DNA of 63,104 nt, filler included, from Globobulimina sp. (GCA_003354225.1; 15 parts of 15 records of this genome joined end to end with filler, not necessarily neighbours in it); one strand, 5' to 3'. Shown: positions 35,413-48,989, counted from the whole stretch's first letter. Made by a program: numbers and translations. The notes: generated by a model not told the origin, from the letters alone.

Positions 35413-36224
35413 TTATCGATAAATATAGCATTATTTATCATAATTTAAATACAGCTGACTACACGCACTTATGGAATGACAGCATGCCATAAACAATTCA
35501 CTTCACTTCACACTCGCATGGCAGCATGTTCCATTTTTCTAAAGAGGCCGTAAAATAATTTGAGATGTAAAATCAGACATTCGTGACTCGCAAGTGGCCC
35601 AAGTGCACGGGGTGCCCAAGTGGCACTAGATTTGTCACTAGTGAATTCAAAAGAAGGCATGAAAATTGGTCCTATTGTATATTGTTGGGTGCCTGTCACT
35701 TTCCATGAATATATATCATGCTTTTATGCGATAATTCAATCTACCTTTGCCGAATTTGTGTGTTGAGTTTGGTATCAATGCATTTGTAATGAGAGACAGT
35801 TCAACGTTTTCAGATAGCAAAGTTACAGATGATTTTTTTTCTGTAACTTTTCCCATAAATCTTGAAGAGTCTTGACCCTTGATACCATTGGCATCGTGTC
35901 AAAAATTGCAGAAAATAAAAGCTCTTGGTCTCAAAGGTTTTCACGAAGTAAAGTGGTCATCAGATAAACATCTGTTTGCTAGACTCAACTCGTCTTAACT
36001 CTGCGATATCGTTTTACCTTACGAAAATAATTGTTATGAGCTGGGATGTAGCTGCATAGTGGTCTGAATCGGAACACATCCAATTATGATTGTAAAAATA
36101 GCTTTAATTTATATAATACAGAAAAAAATAAAAACATTTTTGCGTCGTCTTCAATCAACAGAAACAAACCAACTCTTTACTCAAAATCAAAAAGTAAAGC
36201 AAATCACAGACAACGTCAAACTCG

Positions 36225-37031
36225 ATGGGGGGACTGTGTAGTTGTTCAATTGCTAAGGAAATACCTCTTGTCCAAACAGATTCTCAAAATAAACTATCAT
36301 TATGTCTTGCAGTAGTCAATGAAGATGAGAATGTCGATGTGGGTGCAGAAGGCTGGTGTTCCGCCAAATGGGGAGGTTATCCATGTCGATGGAACCATAA
36401 AGATTCAACATGTCTTGAAGAAACTGTCAAAGGTGAACAACAAAGGATTTTACTTGATGAAGTTTTTGGAAAAGAATATCAGTTTGATGATGCAGTCATG
36501 AACGTATCGGATAGATACAGTTATGATGTATATTTACAACCACCACCTGCGCCAGGTGTTTATTTCAAAACATTTTATTGTTGTTTGGGAGATGGTGAGA
36601 ACAGAGATGAGGAATTAGATTCATACGAATGTCTTCTACCTGACCCATGTCCTGATGGATTAGTTGATGTGCCAGTTACAGAGCCGGTGAACGGAAAAAG
36701 TGATACTTATGTATGCAGATCAAAAGAGATACGAAACCAATTTCCAAGCTGCACGGAACCAATCTGCAATTCTCAAAGTGATACCGGTATGGAATATGAA
36801 TTATGTGATTTGGATTCTGAAACATTGAATATGGCAGTCGATGCTGCTAAACTCGATGCTGGAATGAGTGCTGAATGGACAACATCATTTATTGAGGATA
36901 CTTCTGATGATTTGAGTGGATTTTCACATTATCTTCAATTTGAAAGGGCGGAACATAATGAATATGGTAGAATGACAGATACAGAGAAATACAGCTCATA
37001 TTTTTGCTGTGCAAAGGAAGCGCATGATTAA
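36225..37031 (+). CDS. Cys-rich acidic hypothetical protein (paralog B) with an MGGLCSC acylation-like start
   Basis: 268-aa intronless ORF with YCC, ECLLPDPCPD and GFSHYLQ...FCC. Confidence 0.75.
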   Translation: MGGLCSCSIAKEIPLVQTDSQNKLSLCLAVVNEDENVDVGAEGWCSAKWGGYPCRWNHKDSTCLEETVKGEQQRILLDEVFGKEYQFDDAVMNVSDRYSYDVYLQPPPAPGVYFKTFYCCLGDGENRDEELDSYECLLPDPCPDGLVDVPVTEPVNGKSDTYVCRSKEIRNQFPSCTEPICNSQSDTGMEYELCDLDSETLNMAVDAAKLDAGMSAEWTTSFIEDTSDDLSGFSHYLQFERAEHNEYGRMTDTEKYSSYFCCAKEAHD

Positions 37032-38096
37032 AACTCTCATTTACCAAAATGAATCTTTTGTTGTTTAATATTACTTTTTGAAACGGTTTGCCTTTTAAAC
37101 AAATAATTCTGAAATTTTGTTCAAACCATTTGTTTTTTTGTACCAGCATTCAAACAATATGCAATACACACACATCGATTGTTTTCGAGATAGCAAAGTA
37201 GAAAAGTCAATAGTAATTTATCAAACACGAATGCTATTTACCGAAGGTATATTTATAAGTCGATATAGAAGAAGAGGGCTTGCCTGAGGCTTCGTATCGA
37301 GGCTGTACAAAGACCTGTGGTATTGGCATCGTCGTTGATACATTATTAATGATTATTTTATCAGAGACACAACACATACAACAAAAATAACGTAACATCG
37401 TAGTATACCATTGAATTTTGAACTTTTAGATTTTATCGAATCAAAGCAAATATCCTAATAAAATAACATATGAGAAAAGATATGTCTCATTTGCACGGAC
37501 AAACTGTTGGTCATTTTCTAAGTCTCAAAAATAAAAAGTAGAACGGTTTGAATATTATCAAATGCCATTGCCAGGGCTATCTTTTGGTGCAATCCATTCC
37601 ACTTTTCATTTTCGGGACTGCGAAAATTGTCACAAAAGTTGTCATCTACTCTGGCCTCGAGTTCGAGGCCACAAAAAGTTCAAAATTTAATGGTATACTA
37701 CGATGTAAAATTAGAAGATATGCAACAAACCAAACTACATGATCTGAGATGAAAATTTATTTCATACTCAAATAATGCATACATACAACGTACAGAATAA
37801 TAATAAATGTATAAAATTAATATCCATTAAATGGTGGTGGTGGNNNNNNNNNNNNNNNNNNNNNNNNNNNNNNNNNNNNNNNNNNNNTTAATTAATTAAN
37901 NNNNNNNNNNNNNNNNNNNNNNNNNNNNNNNNNNNNNNNNNNNTTTTTTTGAGCATTTTTATCAATATCCATAAAAAATTCTCTGAGCCCATTGAATAAA
38001 TATTAGCTATTTTGGAAATAATCACCTTTTAGAGCCCATTTCGCCCTTCAGCGACAATAGATATCTGATCAAACGAGATTTACCACTTTTAGCCAA

Positions 38097-38440
38097 TTAA
38101 AACCAAACTATTTTGACTCTTTCTTGAGTATTATTAGGTCGTATAGCACAAGGGTTCTGGACACTCTTGGCATCAAGATTGATTTCTGTTAATATTTCGG
38201 TTGATATTTGTTTCTGTTGGTCAATTTGACATAGAAATCGTATAAAAGTTCTAAAAAAAACCCAATCAGATACAAAATACATGATATGGACGATATATGT
38301 GTTAAATACCGTAGTTTCTGCATTTCGACAGATGCAACTTGCAATAGTTTCAATTTTGATAGTTGTAATCTATGTAATTCAGCCAATAATGCATCATATC
38401 GGTTGAATGTTTTCCCAGTGGAGTTTACATTTTGTGCCAT
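38097..38440 (-). CDS. Small spliced hypothetical protein
   Basis: ATG 38440; a GT-AG intron at about 38250-38309 joins the two short ORFs in frame. Confidence 0.4.
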
Positions 38441-38500
38441 GTTCAGACTTCAGAGTATACAAAAAAAAACAGTTTAAAGTTTAGTAAACAACTTTTTATC

Positions 38501-40352
38501 ATGGCACAAGACACTAAATATGATGGCGAATCATGTGACTCGAATGAAAATGAAGACTATTTTTCATGTGATTCAGGAATCGGTGCTCTTAAATTTAGGA
38601 AACGTTTAGAACAGTTACAAAGTCAAGATAAACGTTTAGAGAGTTTACAATTTCAATTATTAACCATCAAAAATGCAAATTACATCACTGAGTTAGAGAC
38701 AGTTTGTGCAGTGTCGATAATTCAAGCACCACACAAATCAAATAGCAAATTAGCCAGAAAGGCGTCAGATTATCACATAGTATTCCAATTATTTTCTGAA
38801 CCTGAGACCCAACGCGCTTTCAATGCCGTAATAAATGCAGATTTCGGCAAACTATGTCATTCATATTGGAAAGATACATTTGAAGCGAATAATAATGCAT
38901 TAACTTTATCCTATCAGTTGGTGGAGACAACGTACACATTATTTCGCAAATCACTCAATAACAAAACATTTATATTTTTAATGGTTGGCAACCACGAACC
39001 GGATATGATAGAATCGTATCGATTGTTAGACATATTGCAGTCTATGATCGTGGATTTATGTACTTTGTTGCAAATAAAATGCACAAAAACAAGCAAACAG
39101 AAAAATAAAAATAAAACAACAGATAGAAAGATGTCATTAACTGCGATGATTGAAATATTGGAAGAAGTATTTGGCGGAAATGGCGACGATATTTACCCAT
39201 TGAATAAAACCGAATTTGTGACGTGTATGCGTGTCCGCATTGGTTTGTGTTTTATGTTTCTGTTTCTCAGCAATTATATAATTATTATAAAGTGTTTCTG
39301 ATCATATTGCAATGAATTAATTGTCATTGTATACAGGAATGGAAAGTGTATGGGAAGACAAAACAAAACAGAAATTACAAAACTTGTTTGATAGCATAAT
39401 ATCAGCGACAGATGACGAAGATATTGATGTTATCCTTGAAGATAATGTAAATAATAAATGTTTGCGGTTTGATAATTTTATCACGTATTTTTCACCATTT
39501 TTAAGGCAGAACAGTTACTTGGATGAGGACGATGAGATGGATGCGTATTTTGATAAGAAAATAAGATTTGATGATTGGAAGGATATTAAAAAGGCCGTTT
39601 GCAAGTCTCCCTTATCCAAAAGGAACAAAGAATTACGCGAAAAAGAGAACATTTCGGCGGGGAAATATAGGGAGAAATTAAATTATATTGAAAAGTTAAT
39701 AAATTTGTTGGAAGAATGTGTGATATTCGCTGAGTTGAAATGTATTAAAAAAAAAAAGAAAACAGCGGATAAAGATAAAAGGATGGAAAACGAACAATTG
39801 TTTTGGAGGAAAAAGCTTTTGCAGCATCGCGAATTTGTGAGGTTTTATCAGGATGTTATTTTACATGAAACCATCAAAGAAAATAACAAAATGAAATTGA
39901 AAATTGATAAGTTAGTCAAATTGAATAAATTCTCAAAGAAAGTGCAATATGAAGAAAATGAATGGTTTCGCAAAAATCAACATTTGTTGCAAATTGAGCA
40001 AAGATATTACGCTGTTTTACAAAAACAAAGGAATCAACAAAATGCGATGAAAGAATGTGAGAAATTGATTCAAGAGAAAGATAATCAAATTTACCAATTA
40101 AAATCACAAATACATAAATTAAGCAAACAAAATATAAGCAATGCAAATCGCAATAACAGTAATGATGAGCGATCCGCACCGCCATCCTCGAAAAATGTGT
40201 TAAATCATAAAATTTCAAAATTAAAAGGGGAAATTGCACAAAAAAAATTACAAATACAAAATCAATTGAATTTAATTACTGCGAATATTAATCATGAAAA
40301 TGATAATGCTTTTAATAATAAACAAGAAAAGGTAAAACATGATAGGATATAA
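38501..40352 (+). CDS. Hypothetical protein with degenerate EF-hand-like segments and a C-terminal coiled coil
   Basis: Two ORFs linked by an intron near 39242-39292; LNKTEFV and LRFDNF motifs; K/E/Q heptads. Confidence 0.65.
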
Positions 40353-40589
40353 TATAAAATTATCAGTGTCATTGTACCATATTATTGCTTTTTTTTTCAA
40401 ACTTTTTTTTTAATTTGTGATAATGTTTTTATTTTTTGTATACTGCTTTGGATTTTGATTTTTTATGATTATGTTTATACAGTAAGAATAATTTTTGTAT
40501 TATTAAGTTTATGTTTTTTTATCGGAGGGACATATCATTTTTTAGTTTCTCAAAATATAAGCCACTCAAAAACATATATACTTAGAATG

Positions 40590-41742
40590 ATGGGCAACAA
40601 AGCTTCGTCACAAGAGCAGAAACGCGATGATACTGAAGCTAAAACCAATGATAAATCCAAACCTTCAATCAAATTCACAGAAGATGACGCCATCGATGTC
40701 GCTTTAATTGACTGTGGTAATTATTATTTAATACCATCTAATGTTAAGCTATATATTATCACATTAAATCATAATTATATCATACCATACAATACCAATT
40801 TACAAATATGCACAGCTTGATCCAGAAAAAGACGAAAGCGTAATTAAAATATTAACAATATCGGATACACACAGCAAACATTCACAAATTAAGAACATTC
40901 CATCAGCAGATATATTAGTACATGGCGGCGATTTTACAAATACAGGTTCATTAAAAGACGTAACATCATATGATAAGTGGGTTGCTCACTTGCTTAAAAC
41001 TGAGAAGTTCAAATATTGCGTATTGATTGCTGGCAATCACGACATAACATTGGAAGAGGATTATTATAATCAAGTTGGATACAAACGCTTTCATCACGGC
41101 AAGAAACAGAATTTCAAGGAGTGCATAAACATTGCGCGCAATGGGAATAATGTGTATTTATTGGATGAAACAGTCGAATTATTTGGCATTAAATTTTATG
41201 GCAGTCCGTATCAGCCAGAATTCTGTCAATGGGCTTTTAATATGGAACGAGGCCTCCCATTAAAGCAGGAATGGGCCAAAATCCCTGATCATGGCATTGA
41301 TGTGTTGGTTACGCATGGCCCACCAAAGGTAGTTTGTTTATTTATGAGTCTATATTTGTGCGTCATTGTCATTGCTCATTAGTTCCATGGCGATGAAGTG
41401 GTTCCGCAGCATGCCAGTTTGAATGATTCCGCCTGGGTCGGTTGCGATGATTTGTTGCAAAGGATGACACAAATCAATGATGTCAAGTTTCATATTTTTG
41501 GACATATTCATGAAGGATACGGTGTGACAAAGAATAAAAAAATTAAGGATGTTATCTTTATAAATTCTTCGACTGTGAATGTACATTATCAATGTGTTAA
41601 TAAACCAATTTTGTTTTATGTCAAAGGGAGAGGGAGACAATATTGTGATGTTAAGAGGTTATTTCAAGGGAATCAACAAATAAAAAATAGTAATAATAAG
41701 AAGCAAGTTGATGAGGAGAAAGAAGAAGGCACTGGAAAATAA
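40590..41742 (+). CDS. Metallophosphoesterase (MPPED1/2-like) with an N-myristoylation-like start
   Basis: ISDTH, HGGDFT, AGNHD, VTHGPP, FGHIHEGYG; MGNKAS start; introns at 40743-40816 and about 41329-41382. Confidence 0.92.
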
Positions 41743-42156
41743 TGGTCATTGGCACATGTTTTTTTTTTTTAGCTGTTTTTCAACACTTTTTCCAAACTCA
41801 TTCTCTTGCTCGGACTTGCTCCACCATGTAAGTCAAGTGTCGCTATCAAACTACCTACAGAACATCAGATATTGTCAGATAACATATATTTATGTCGTCG
41901 TCTGCGACTGCAACGAGTGATGCAGTCAAATTTGTTAAGCATACATAAATATATCATGCATAAACAAGACACATACAAAACAAAAAAGGAAAAACATGAG
42001 ACGACGAGAGACATATTAAAAATGTTAAATATTGCAGATGAGAATGGGTCGATTAGNNNNNNNNNNNNNNNNNNNNNNNNNNNNNNNNNNNNNNNNNNNN
42101 TTAATTAATTAANNNNNNNNNNNNNNNNNNNNNNNNNNNNNNNNNNNNNNNNNNNN

Positions 42157-43081
42157 GAGCAGATTAATAGGTTCAGATGATTTATTAAGTCACATCTATC
42201 AATGGTTAACATCCAATGAATTAGTAAACAAATATTTAAATCCTGAAAACATTCGTTTTAGGAAAGTGGCAGAGTCTGAACTGAAACAAAGAGATTTAGG
42301 AACTGCAAATAATACAATACACTCAGACGATTATGCAAGATTAATAAATGCATTTATGAGCGAAGAAAAACAAAATGTAACAACTGCACGCACCGCAAAC
42401 AGATTAAATTTTGGTGAGAATTTCAAAAAACAAATAAAAACAACATATTCAAACATGATCGGTTCAATGATTAATAGAAAAATAATAGAATGTCAGAGGT
42501 CCGGTGGGGATTTAAAATTAAACAAAATATTTGGAAATTTGAATAACTCAAACGATGTGTTACAATATTTGAAAATTGCTGACCATGCATTTAAAATTCC
42601 AGCATTCACTGTCGTTGAATTAAAAGGCAATAATTTAGATTCATTACAAAAGTTTTTATTTGAAAGTATTGAATGTTTATTCATTGCTAATAATAAGTTT
42701 ACGCGGTTAGATCATGAAACATTTGGTATGTCATTCGCTGTGAAGTATGTTTATATTTCTAATAATCCAATTCAAGGAGTTATTGATTTCAAGGCATGCA
42801 ATTCTACTCTTACAATGGCAGAGGAGTTTGATATGAAAGGATGTAAATTTGTAACAAGACTTGTAAACATACCCAAAACATTACGATTTCTTAACATTTT
42901 CAATTCATACATTACATCACCAAATCAATTAGAATTTGAGAATGGCATTGGATTAAACTCTGTTATAATGAATCGTAACCAATCAAAACTGTGGAAAACG
43001 TTTTTCCGTGAAAATGACATAGAAGTGCGGGTTACTACACATTCAGAGGAAACATTAATGTGTCTGATAACTGCTGTTTAA
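42157..43081 (+). CDS. F-box-like plus LRR protein, 5'-partial
   Basis: Frame open from the contig edge: DDLLSHIYQWLTSNELV...RFRKVA, then LRRs (VELKGNNL, LFIANNKF, VYISNNPI). Confidence 0.65.
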
Positions 43082-43214
43082 CCAATTGGTGCATATACCA
43101 ATACGGCAATTAATATCAACCATAATTTACTATATTCTGCATTTATTGAATATTATCAATTTTTGTTTTTCCTAAAAACTATCCTTGCAAAACTTGTGTA
43201 ACTTTAAATTGATA

Positions 43215-43955
43215 ATGGCAGATAAAGATAAAGCATGGTTCTGCAGGTTTGAAAAGATCTGGTTATCAAACCTTCCAATCGATATCTTTTCAATCTTTAC
43301 ATGTTTGATAAGATTATAAAAAGCTTGAGAAGATTGAAAGGTTTGATAACCAGATCTTTTCAAACCTGACTGCAGTGCAGATAAAGGAAGACTTGGGGTA
43401 TTTGGAGGTGTTTGTGGATTGATTGCAGTGATTTGCATCATTATTGCAATGATTGCAAACAATATCACTGGTTATAGTTATGTGGGAGGAATATTGCAGT
43501 TAAGATATTCAATGACATGTCGGTGGCATACATTCGATGGTTGTTGGGCCTCAGTTTGTGTAAATGGGGTAAAATATAATAATTATTGTGATGATGAAAA
43601 TGCACCGTATGGTAATTGGTGCAAACAAAGAAGTATTGGACAAACCTGGATTGCAATGTTATTGATGTCATGCATAGTTACAGCACTCGCTGTTTTATCC
43701 GTATTTTTATCACATTTAAAAAAAGTGCAAGGATTTGTTAAATGGCTGTTTTGTATAAGTTGTATATTGTGTATGATTGCAGTTTTTTCGTGGATTGGAG
43801 GTAGCGGTGACACGCATTTGTGTTATGACACTGATTATGTTGGATTATACTTGGGAGCAAGTTTTATATTTGCAGTGTTTGCCAGTGTTTTCAATCTTTT
43901 TGCTTTTGGCTTTACGTTTACATCAAATGAAGGTGACTACGAAACATTGCTTTAA
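43215..43955 (+). CDS. Four-TM claudin/PMP22-like membrane protein, 2 exons
   Basis: ATG 43215; intron 43247-43375 gives MADKDKAWFCS-ADKGRLG; four hydrophobic helices and a Cys/Trp-rich first loop. Confidence 0.75.
43244..43368. mobile_element. MITE-like element with 31-bp perfect terminal inverted repeats, forming an intron (introner-like)
   Basis: CAGGTTTGAAAAGATCTGGTTATCAAACCTT (43244-43274) is the exact reverse complement of 43338-43368. Confidence 0.85.
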
Positions 43956-44408
43956 ATCAACATCATCCATTATACTTTGTTTTTGTTGTATATATTCTTC
44001 GAGTATTCTATTTTTTTCTATCCTCGCACATAAAGGGAAATTGCGCACTGAGTGCGAGGATACAAAAAATAGAACACTTATGGACAAAGGTCCTCATGTT
44101 CTTATTTGTGCAATTGTGTACAGCCACGAGTATGAGTGTTTATTTATGAATACTGCTCTTAAAACAAAAATAAAATAAAATAAAAACAAAAAAACGTTGC
44201 TATATTATATACGGGAGTAGAATTTTGCTCATTTTTTTCAAATATATTTGGGAATTCTTGTATTTAATATTTAGGCAAGATTACTGAACTTCCTTGCTTA
44301 AAAACTTTTTCTTTTTAGTGGTATCAGATTATACAACTTGGGGATCTCATTATTTTCTTAGTTATTTATTTATTGATATATACATATAAGTAAAAAAAAA
44401 AGGCCGTT

Positions 44409-46202
44409 TCACTGACTTATTTCAAGAGCAACAGAGCCAATGTTTGTATATTCGAGTGAATCGCCAATACTGCATCTATTATCATTGTATCTGGCAAGTT
44501 TGTTATCCTTATTCGCAATAAATGATAAAATAATAGTTGCAATCTTAGTGTTTCCAATACAGTCCATAACGACAACATTTCTTTCCAATGTTCCATAAAT
44601 CGCTTCAACATTATATAAGGAGGGATCATGACCACTTGTCAATATCTTTGATATATATCCAGTATAATGTATCTGTTGAATTAACCCAATTAGAAACGGG
44701 ACTGTTGCTCCAAGTAAAACAACATAAATCAATGTAACTGTTGTGATTAATAAATGTTGATAGTTATCATATTCATCAGATAACCAATTTGTAATTCCCA
44801 GCGGAGCATTATAATTAAGATGATTACGCGCTAAATAATTGATATGATAAATATAAATATATCCAAACCAAAGCATTGGGAAACAATGACAAAACACGCC
44901 AACTATAACCAACATATTCAATGATATCCAAACACAAATACCAGTCAACAAAGTGTCATCCGGACTGAACCAAAATTGTATTCTACGAAACACTGATTGA
45001 TGACCAATGACTGCATTTATATATTGTTTCTTTTCTGTATTATTCAGTTTCATAAATTCATATTGATATTCATAACAGATTCTACTTAAAGTATCATGCT
45101 TTGATATCATTAATTCATCATTTGGCTCATTAATATTATCATCTTCATGTGCTTCTAATTCTGATTCACTGTTTTTTTTTAATAGCAATGGCGAAATGGG
45201 TGACATTGGGGTTATTGTTATACTTTTAATTCTTTGTCGTGATGTTATTTTTGATGGAATTTGATTATGGATACTTTTAAAACCCAGTGAATTGTAAGAA
45301 TGAGTCGCAACATGTATGATACTGTACAATTTATCTACAATGTTTGCATCAATTTTATTGTTTTCAAATAAAAAGGGATAATATAATTTAATTGTGGTTC
45401 CATTCAAATATTTAAACATAATAAGTGTGCCTAGAAAGGGTATATTTGGAAAGAGATAGGTAAGACATGCAAGTAATACAAGCCATTCTTGAAAGGAGTG
45501 ATTCTGTAAAAACGCATCTGTTTTCACCATAAAACCCAACAATAAGTACCATACTAACAATATAAATTCGCAGCAACATAATAACTTAAATGCATAATGT
45601 GATATGGTGCTGATTTGAGTAAACATAAACATCAAAATATGACACATTGCGAGTAAAAAGGCACAGGTTAATGCCCAGGAAGATAGATAGTAATTGCAAA
45701 TGATTAGAAAATGCAAAATGGTAAAACATGATACAACAATTAATTGAGATATGATGATCATAGATTGAATGTCTTCGTCGGTAACATAATATAAATAAAT
45801 GCATAAAAAGAATGGTGAAAATATGCTAATGATTGATATTGGAATTATGGATGGAATGAATGCGAGACATATCAAACATTTTGGTGTCGATCGGCGAGTT
45901 AAAATGCAACAATGGTAATGTGATGGTACACAAACACCACACGTTAATACAGCAAACAGCCCCGTAAATATAAGACATGGTAATATTTCTTCATTGCCAG
46001 TCCAGGCCATTGATATGTAAAAGATAAAAAAGAATAGAAATGCACTAAAATAAATTAGGACTAATAATGAAATGGATAATCCAAAATAAACATATTCCTG
46101 ACTGTCCCATAATTGGTAGGTTATCAAATGACTGCAGAGACCAAAATGTAACAAGAATGATATATTGAGGAAGGTAGACACTGCAAAAGGCAACACACTC
46201 AT
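44409..46202 (-). CDS. Multi-pass membrane protein of unknown function
   Basis: 597-aa intronless ORF with about 10 hydrophobic segments. Confidence 0.75.
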   Translation of the reverse strand: MSVLPFAVSTFLNISFLLHFGLCSHLITYQLWDSQEYVYFGLSISLLVLIYFSAFLFFFIFYISMAWTGNEEILPCLIFTGLFAVLTCGVCVPSHYHCCILTRRSTPKCLICLAFIPSIIPISIISIFSPFFLCIYLYYVTDEDIQSMIIISQLIVVSCFTILHFLIICNYYLSSWALTCAFLLAMCHILMFMFTQISTISHYAFKLLCCCEFILLVWYLLLGFMVKTDAFLQNHSFQEWLVLLACLTYLFPNIPFLGTLIMFKYLNGTTIKLYYPFLFENNKIDANIVDKLYSIIHVATHSYNSLGFKSIHNQIPSKITSRQRIKSITITPMSPISPLLLKKNSESELEAHEDDNINEPNDELMISKHDTLSRICYEYQYEFMKLNNTEKKQYINAVIGHQSVFRRIQFWFSPDDTLLTGICVWISLNMLVIVGVFCHCFPMLWFGYIYIYHINYLARNHLNYNAPLGITNWLSDEYDNYQHLLITTVTLIYVVLLGATVPFLIGLIQQIHYTGYISKILTSGHDPSLYNVEAIYGTLERNVVVMDCIGNTKIATIILSFIANKDNKLARYNDNRCSIGDSLEYTNIGSVALEISQ

Positions 46203-46864
46203 TGACTGGCGTTGTTTTTTTTAAGCTAGAAAACTCTCCACAATCATCAATCATGGTTGATTATTCCANNNNNNNNNNNNNNNNNNNNNNNNNNNNNNNN
46301 NNNNNNNNNNNNTTAATTAATTAANNNNNNNNNNNNNNNNNNNNNNNNNNNNNNNNNNNNNNNNNNNNAAATGTTGCTTGCAAATATGACAATTGTTAAT
46401 TGAATTGAATTTTTATTGACGGTGTTGATTTTTGTTTTGTTTGAATGGCCTCAATTAGATCAATAAATATATTGTTAACATTTGTTGTGGCCTGTGAACA
46501 GTGCAGTGTTATCCCATGAAAGTCGTTCTTATTTGTTGTTTGTGTATGATTGGACGAAACAACGTTGCTGAATTTAATTATTTGTTGCTCGGAGTTTTTA
46601 ATCCTCTGTCGGAAGGAAAGATTTATTTAAGCTGGTTTTCATCTTATGACGCGACTAAAAACAAATATGAACATAAAAAAAAAAGAACTTAATACTTACA
46701 ATGCAAATTAGAAATAATTAATTAAAGGATGAGGGCAACAAAAATGTTATAATTAAATATTGAATCATCGATTTTATCCAACATACACTTGATCTTTGTC
46801 CATCACACAACATGCACAGAACTAACATGCACAGAACTTGAACACGTAGACAAATGAAAAAAAA

Positions 46865-48699
46865 TCAAATCCATTTTGTGGCAATAACATCATTTGCTTT
46901 TTGTATTTGTTTTTTCTGCGCATCGAGTCTTAATTTCAATGATAAATCGTATACTTTTGATGGCAGATCACGTCTATATTCAGAAAACCTGTTCCCTCTC
47001 ACATTCCATTTATTTATTACCTTTATTTTCTTTTCATCCCTGTCCCTATCACTATTATCACGGTCTGCCATTTTTTTATATTACATGTGTTGTGCAAGGA
47101 TAACAATAAAAAAAACAAATCACTTAACATCCATAGGGTAACTCATTAAAGTTTTGCACTCGATTTGAAATAATATCAAATTGCGGTGGATTGTCCAAAT
47201 AGCGCACAAATTGATTAATATTCATATTCATGCTCAATGACAGTGATTGCTCCTCCTCTTCAAAGGACGATTGCAATTCGTCCTGATACTGCATAAATAT
47301 CCGCAGTCCAATAAACTGAATATTTACATCATTGTGGCCGACCCCATCAATCAGAAACTTTTTCGCTTTCAACAAAGGCCTTTTGTCGTCTATCACAGTC
47401 ATAATTGTATTCGTGTGGTTATACGGTATCAACTCATCATTCTTACCATGAAACACCATGAAATTGTCACATTGCCACTTTTCAATTTGGGTCACGTTGT
47501 TAAATACAAATGCGGGCTTTTTACGTTTAGGTCTGACGTTTTTCTTTGCTTTCACCTTTTTTCTGCTCCTCTGCTTATATTTTTCCCTGCGTTTCCCGGA
47601 TAAAACAGCGGATGTTTGCGATTTAAGCAATGGCGGCGACTCATCAAAGCCGCCCAAACACGCAATATCTGGGAATGTGTGTGCTTGAATGTGCGTGCAG
47701 GTCATATCTTGCTTATATTCATTGCAACTGTCATCATCATAGCTGTCAACACGGAGCAAATCAAGCGATGACACCTTATTGAGATCATAGGCATGTTCTT
47801 TTTTTTTGTGCTCTATCTCAGTCAATGCAGCATAATTTGAAGCAATTAACTGTGAATCTGACGCAGTCTTAGACAGTGGCGACAGTACAGGCATATTATC
47901 ACTGGCACTCAACGCCTCATCGTCATCCATATGATTCGCGTAATCTTTTGGCAGCATCCATTTGGTCCATTTGCCCATTAAGTCCTTATTTATATGTATC
48001 AAAAACCAACGTTTTTGCTTATAAATTTATAGAAGATACCTTGGATAAGTTATGAATGGACGTAAAGGGTGAAACCAATATAAGTGTACGGCATTTTTGT
48101 TTGGCGATATGTGAAGCGGGGCCAGTTCCAATCGACCGGCCCAAAATAATTAATTTGTCGACAGATATGTTCAATCCACCGCGTGAAATGGGTGACGTTA
48201 CGAACTGATAAATATGTTCTGCCACTTTCAGCACTTGTTTGCAGGTACAACGGCCATCCATGACACCATAGCCAGGGTACTCTACGATTAATAAATGGAT
48301 CGGCAAGGCGCGGATTAAGGGGCGCCAGATAGCAGAGGCCATGCCTAAATCCACGCCATTGCCATGGAATAATATCATAAAATGTGTGGGATTGTTTTTC
48401 GGATTGCCGTGAATCAACAACGCAGTTGCTCCGAATTTGTGGTTTAATTTCTTGGCAGACGAGAATAGATTCGATGGGTTGTGTCGCGGAGTGGTGCTGT
48501 CCCGGTAGGGTATGAATAGTAATTCGTGTGGAAAGGAGAGGAAGTCGTAAGTTGGGCCGTTATATTGCATGGGGAATATGAGTGCGTCGGCCAGGGAGCC
48601 TGAGGCTGGCGCATGGGCCGAGGTGAAGCCATTGCTATTCTCAATGCTGTCTGACTTATTCTTGTTTTTTTTGCGACCGAACGTAAACCACGAAGTCAT
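46865..48699 (-). CDS. ABHD17-like alpha/beta hydrolase, 3 exons, with a long insertion between the catalytic Ser and Asp/His
   Basis: FHGNGVD, EYPGYG, GRSIGTG, LVSPFTS, FHGKNDELIP, GHND. Confidence 0.88.
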
Positions 48700-48989
48700 T
48701 TTGTGTGAGATAACTTACAGTATGTAGGCAATGATGCGATGTGTTAAATGTCACAAACAGTAAAAAACTCTGAGTACTAAGACACTAAAATAAAATCATT
48801 TTACTTGTTGATTTCTAGTTCCATCCCATTTCCATACGTCGTTTGAGCACAAATTCTGTCGACTAACGACTAGAAAAAAATCAATACATAAAGCATAACA
48901 AATTTTAGTGTGGAACAACACAAGAAAATTATACATAAAGCATCAAATCTCAATAAACAAACTGCTAAACACAACAAGCAATACACACT

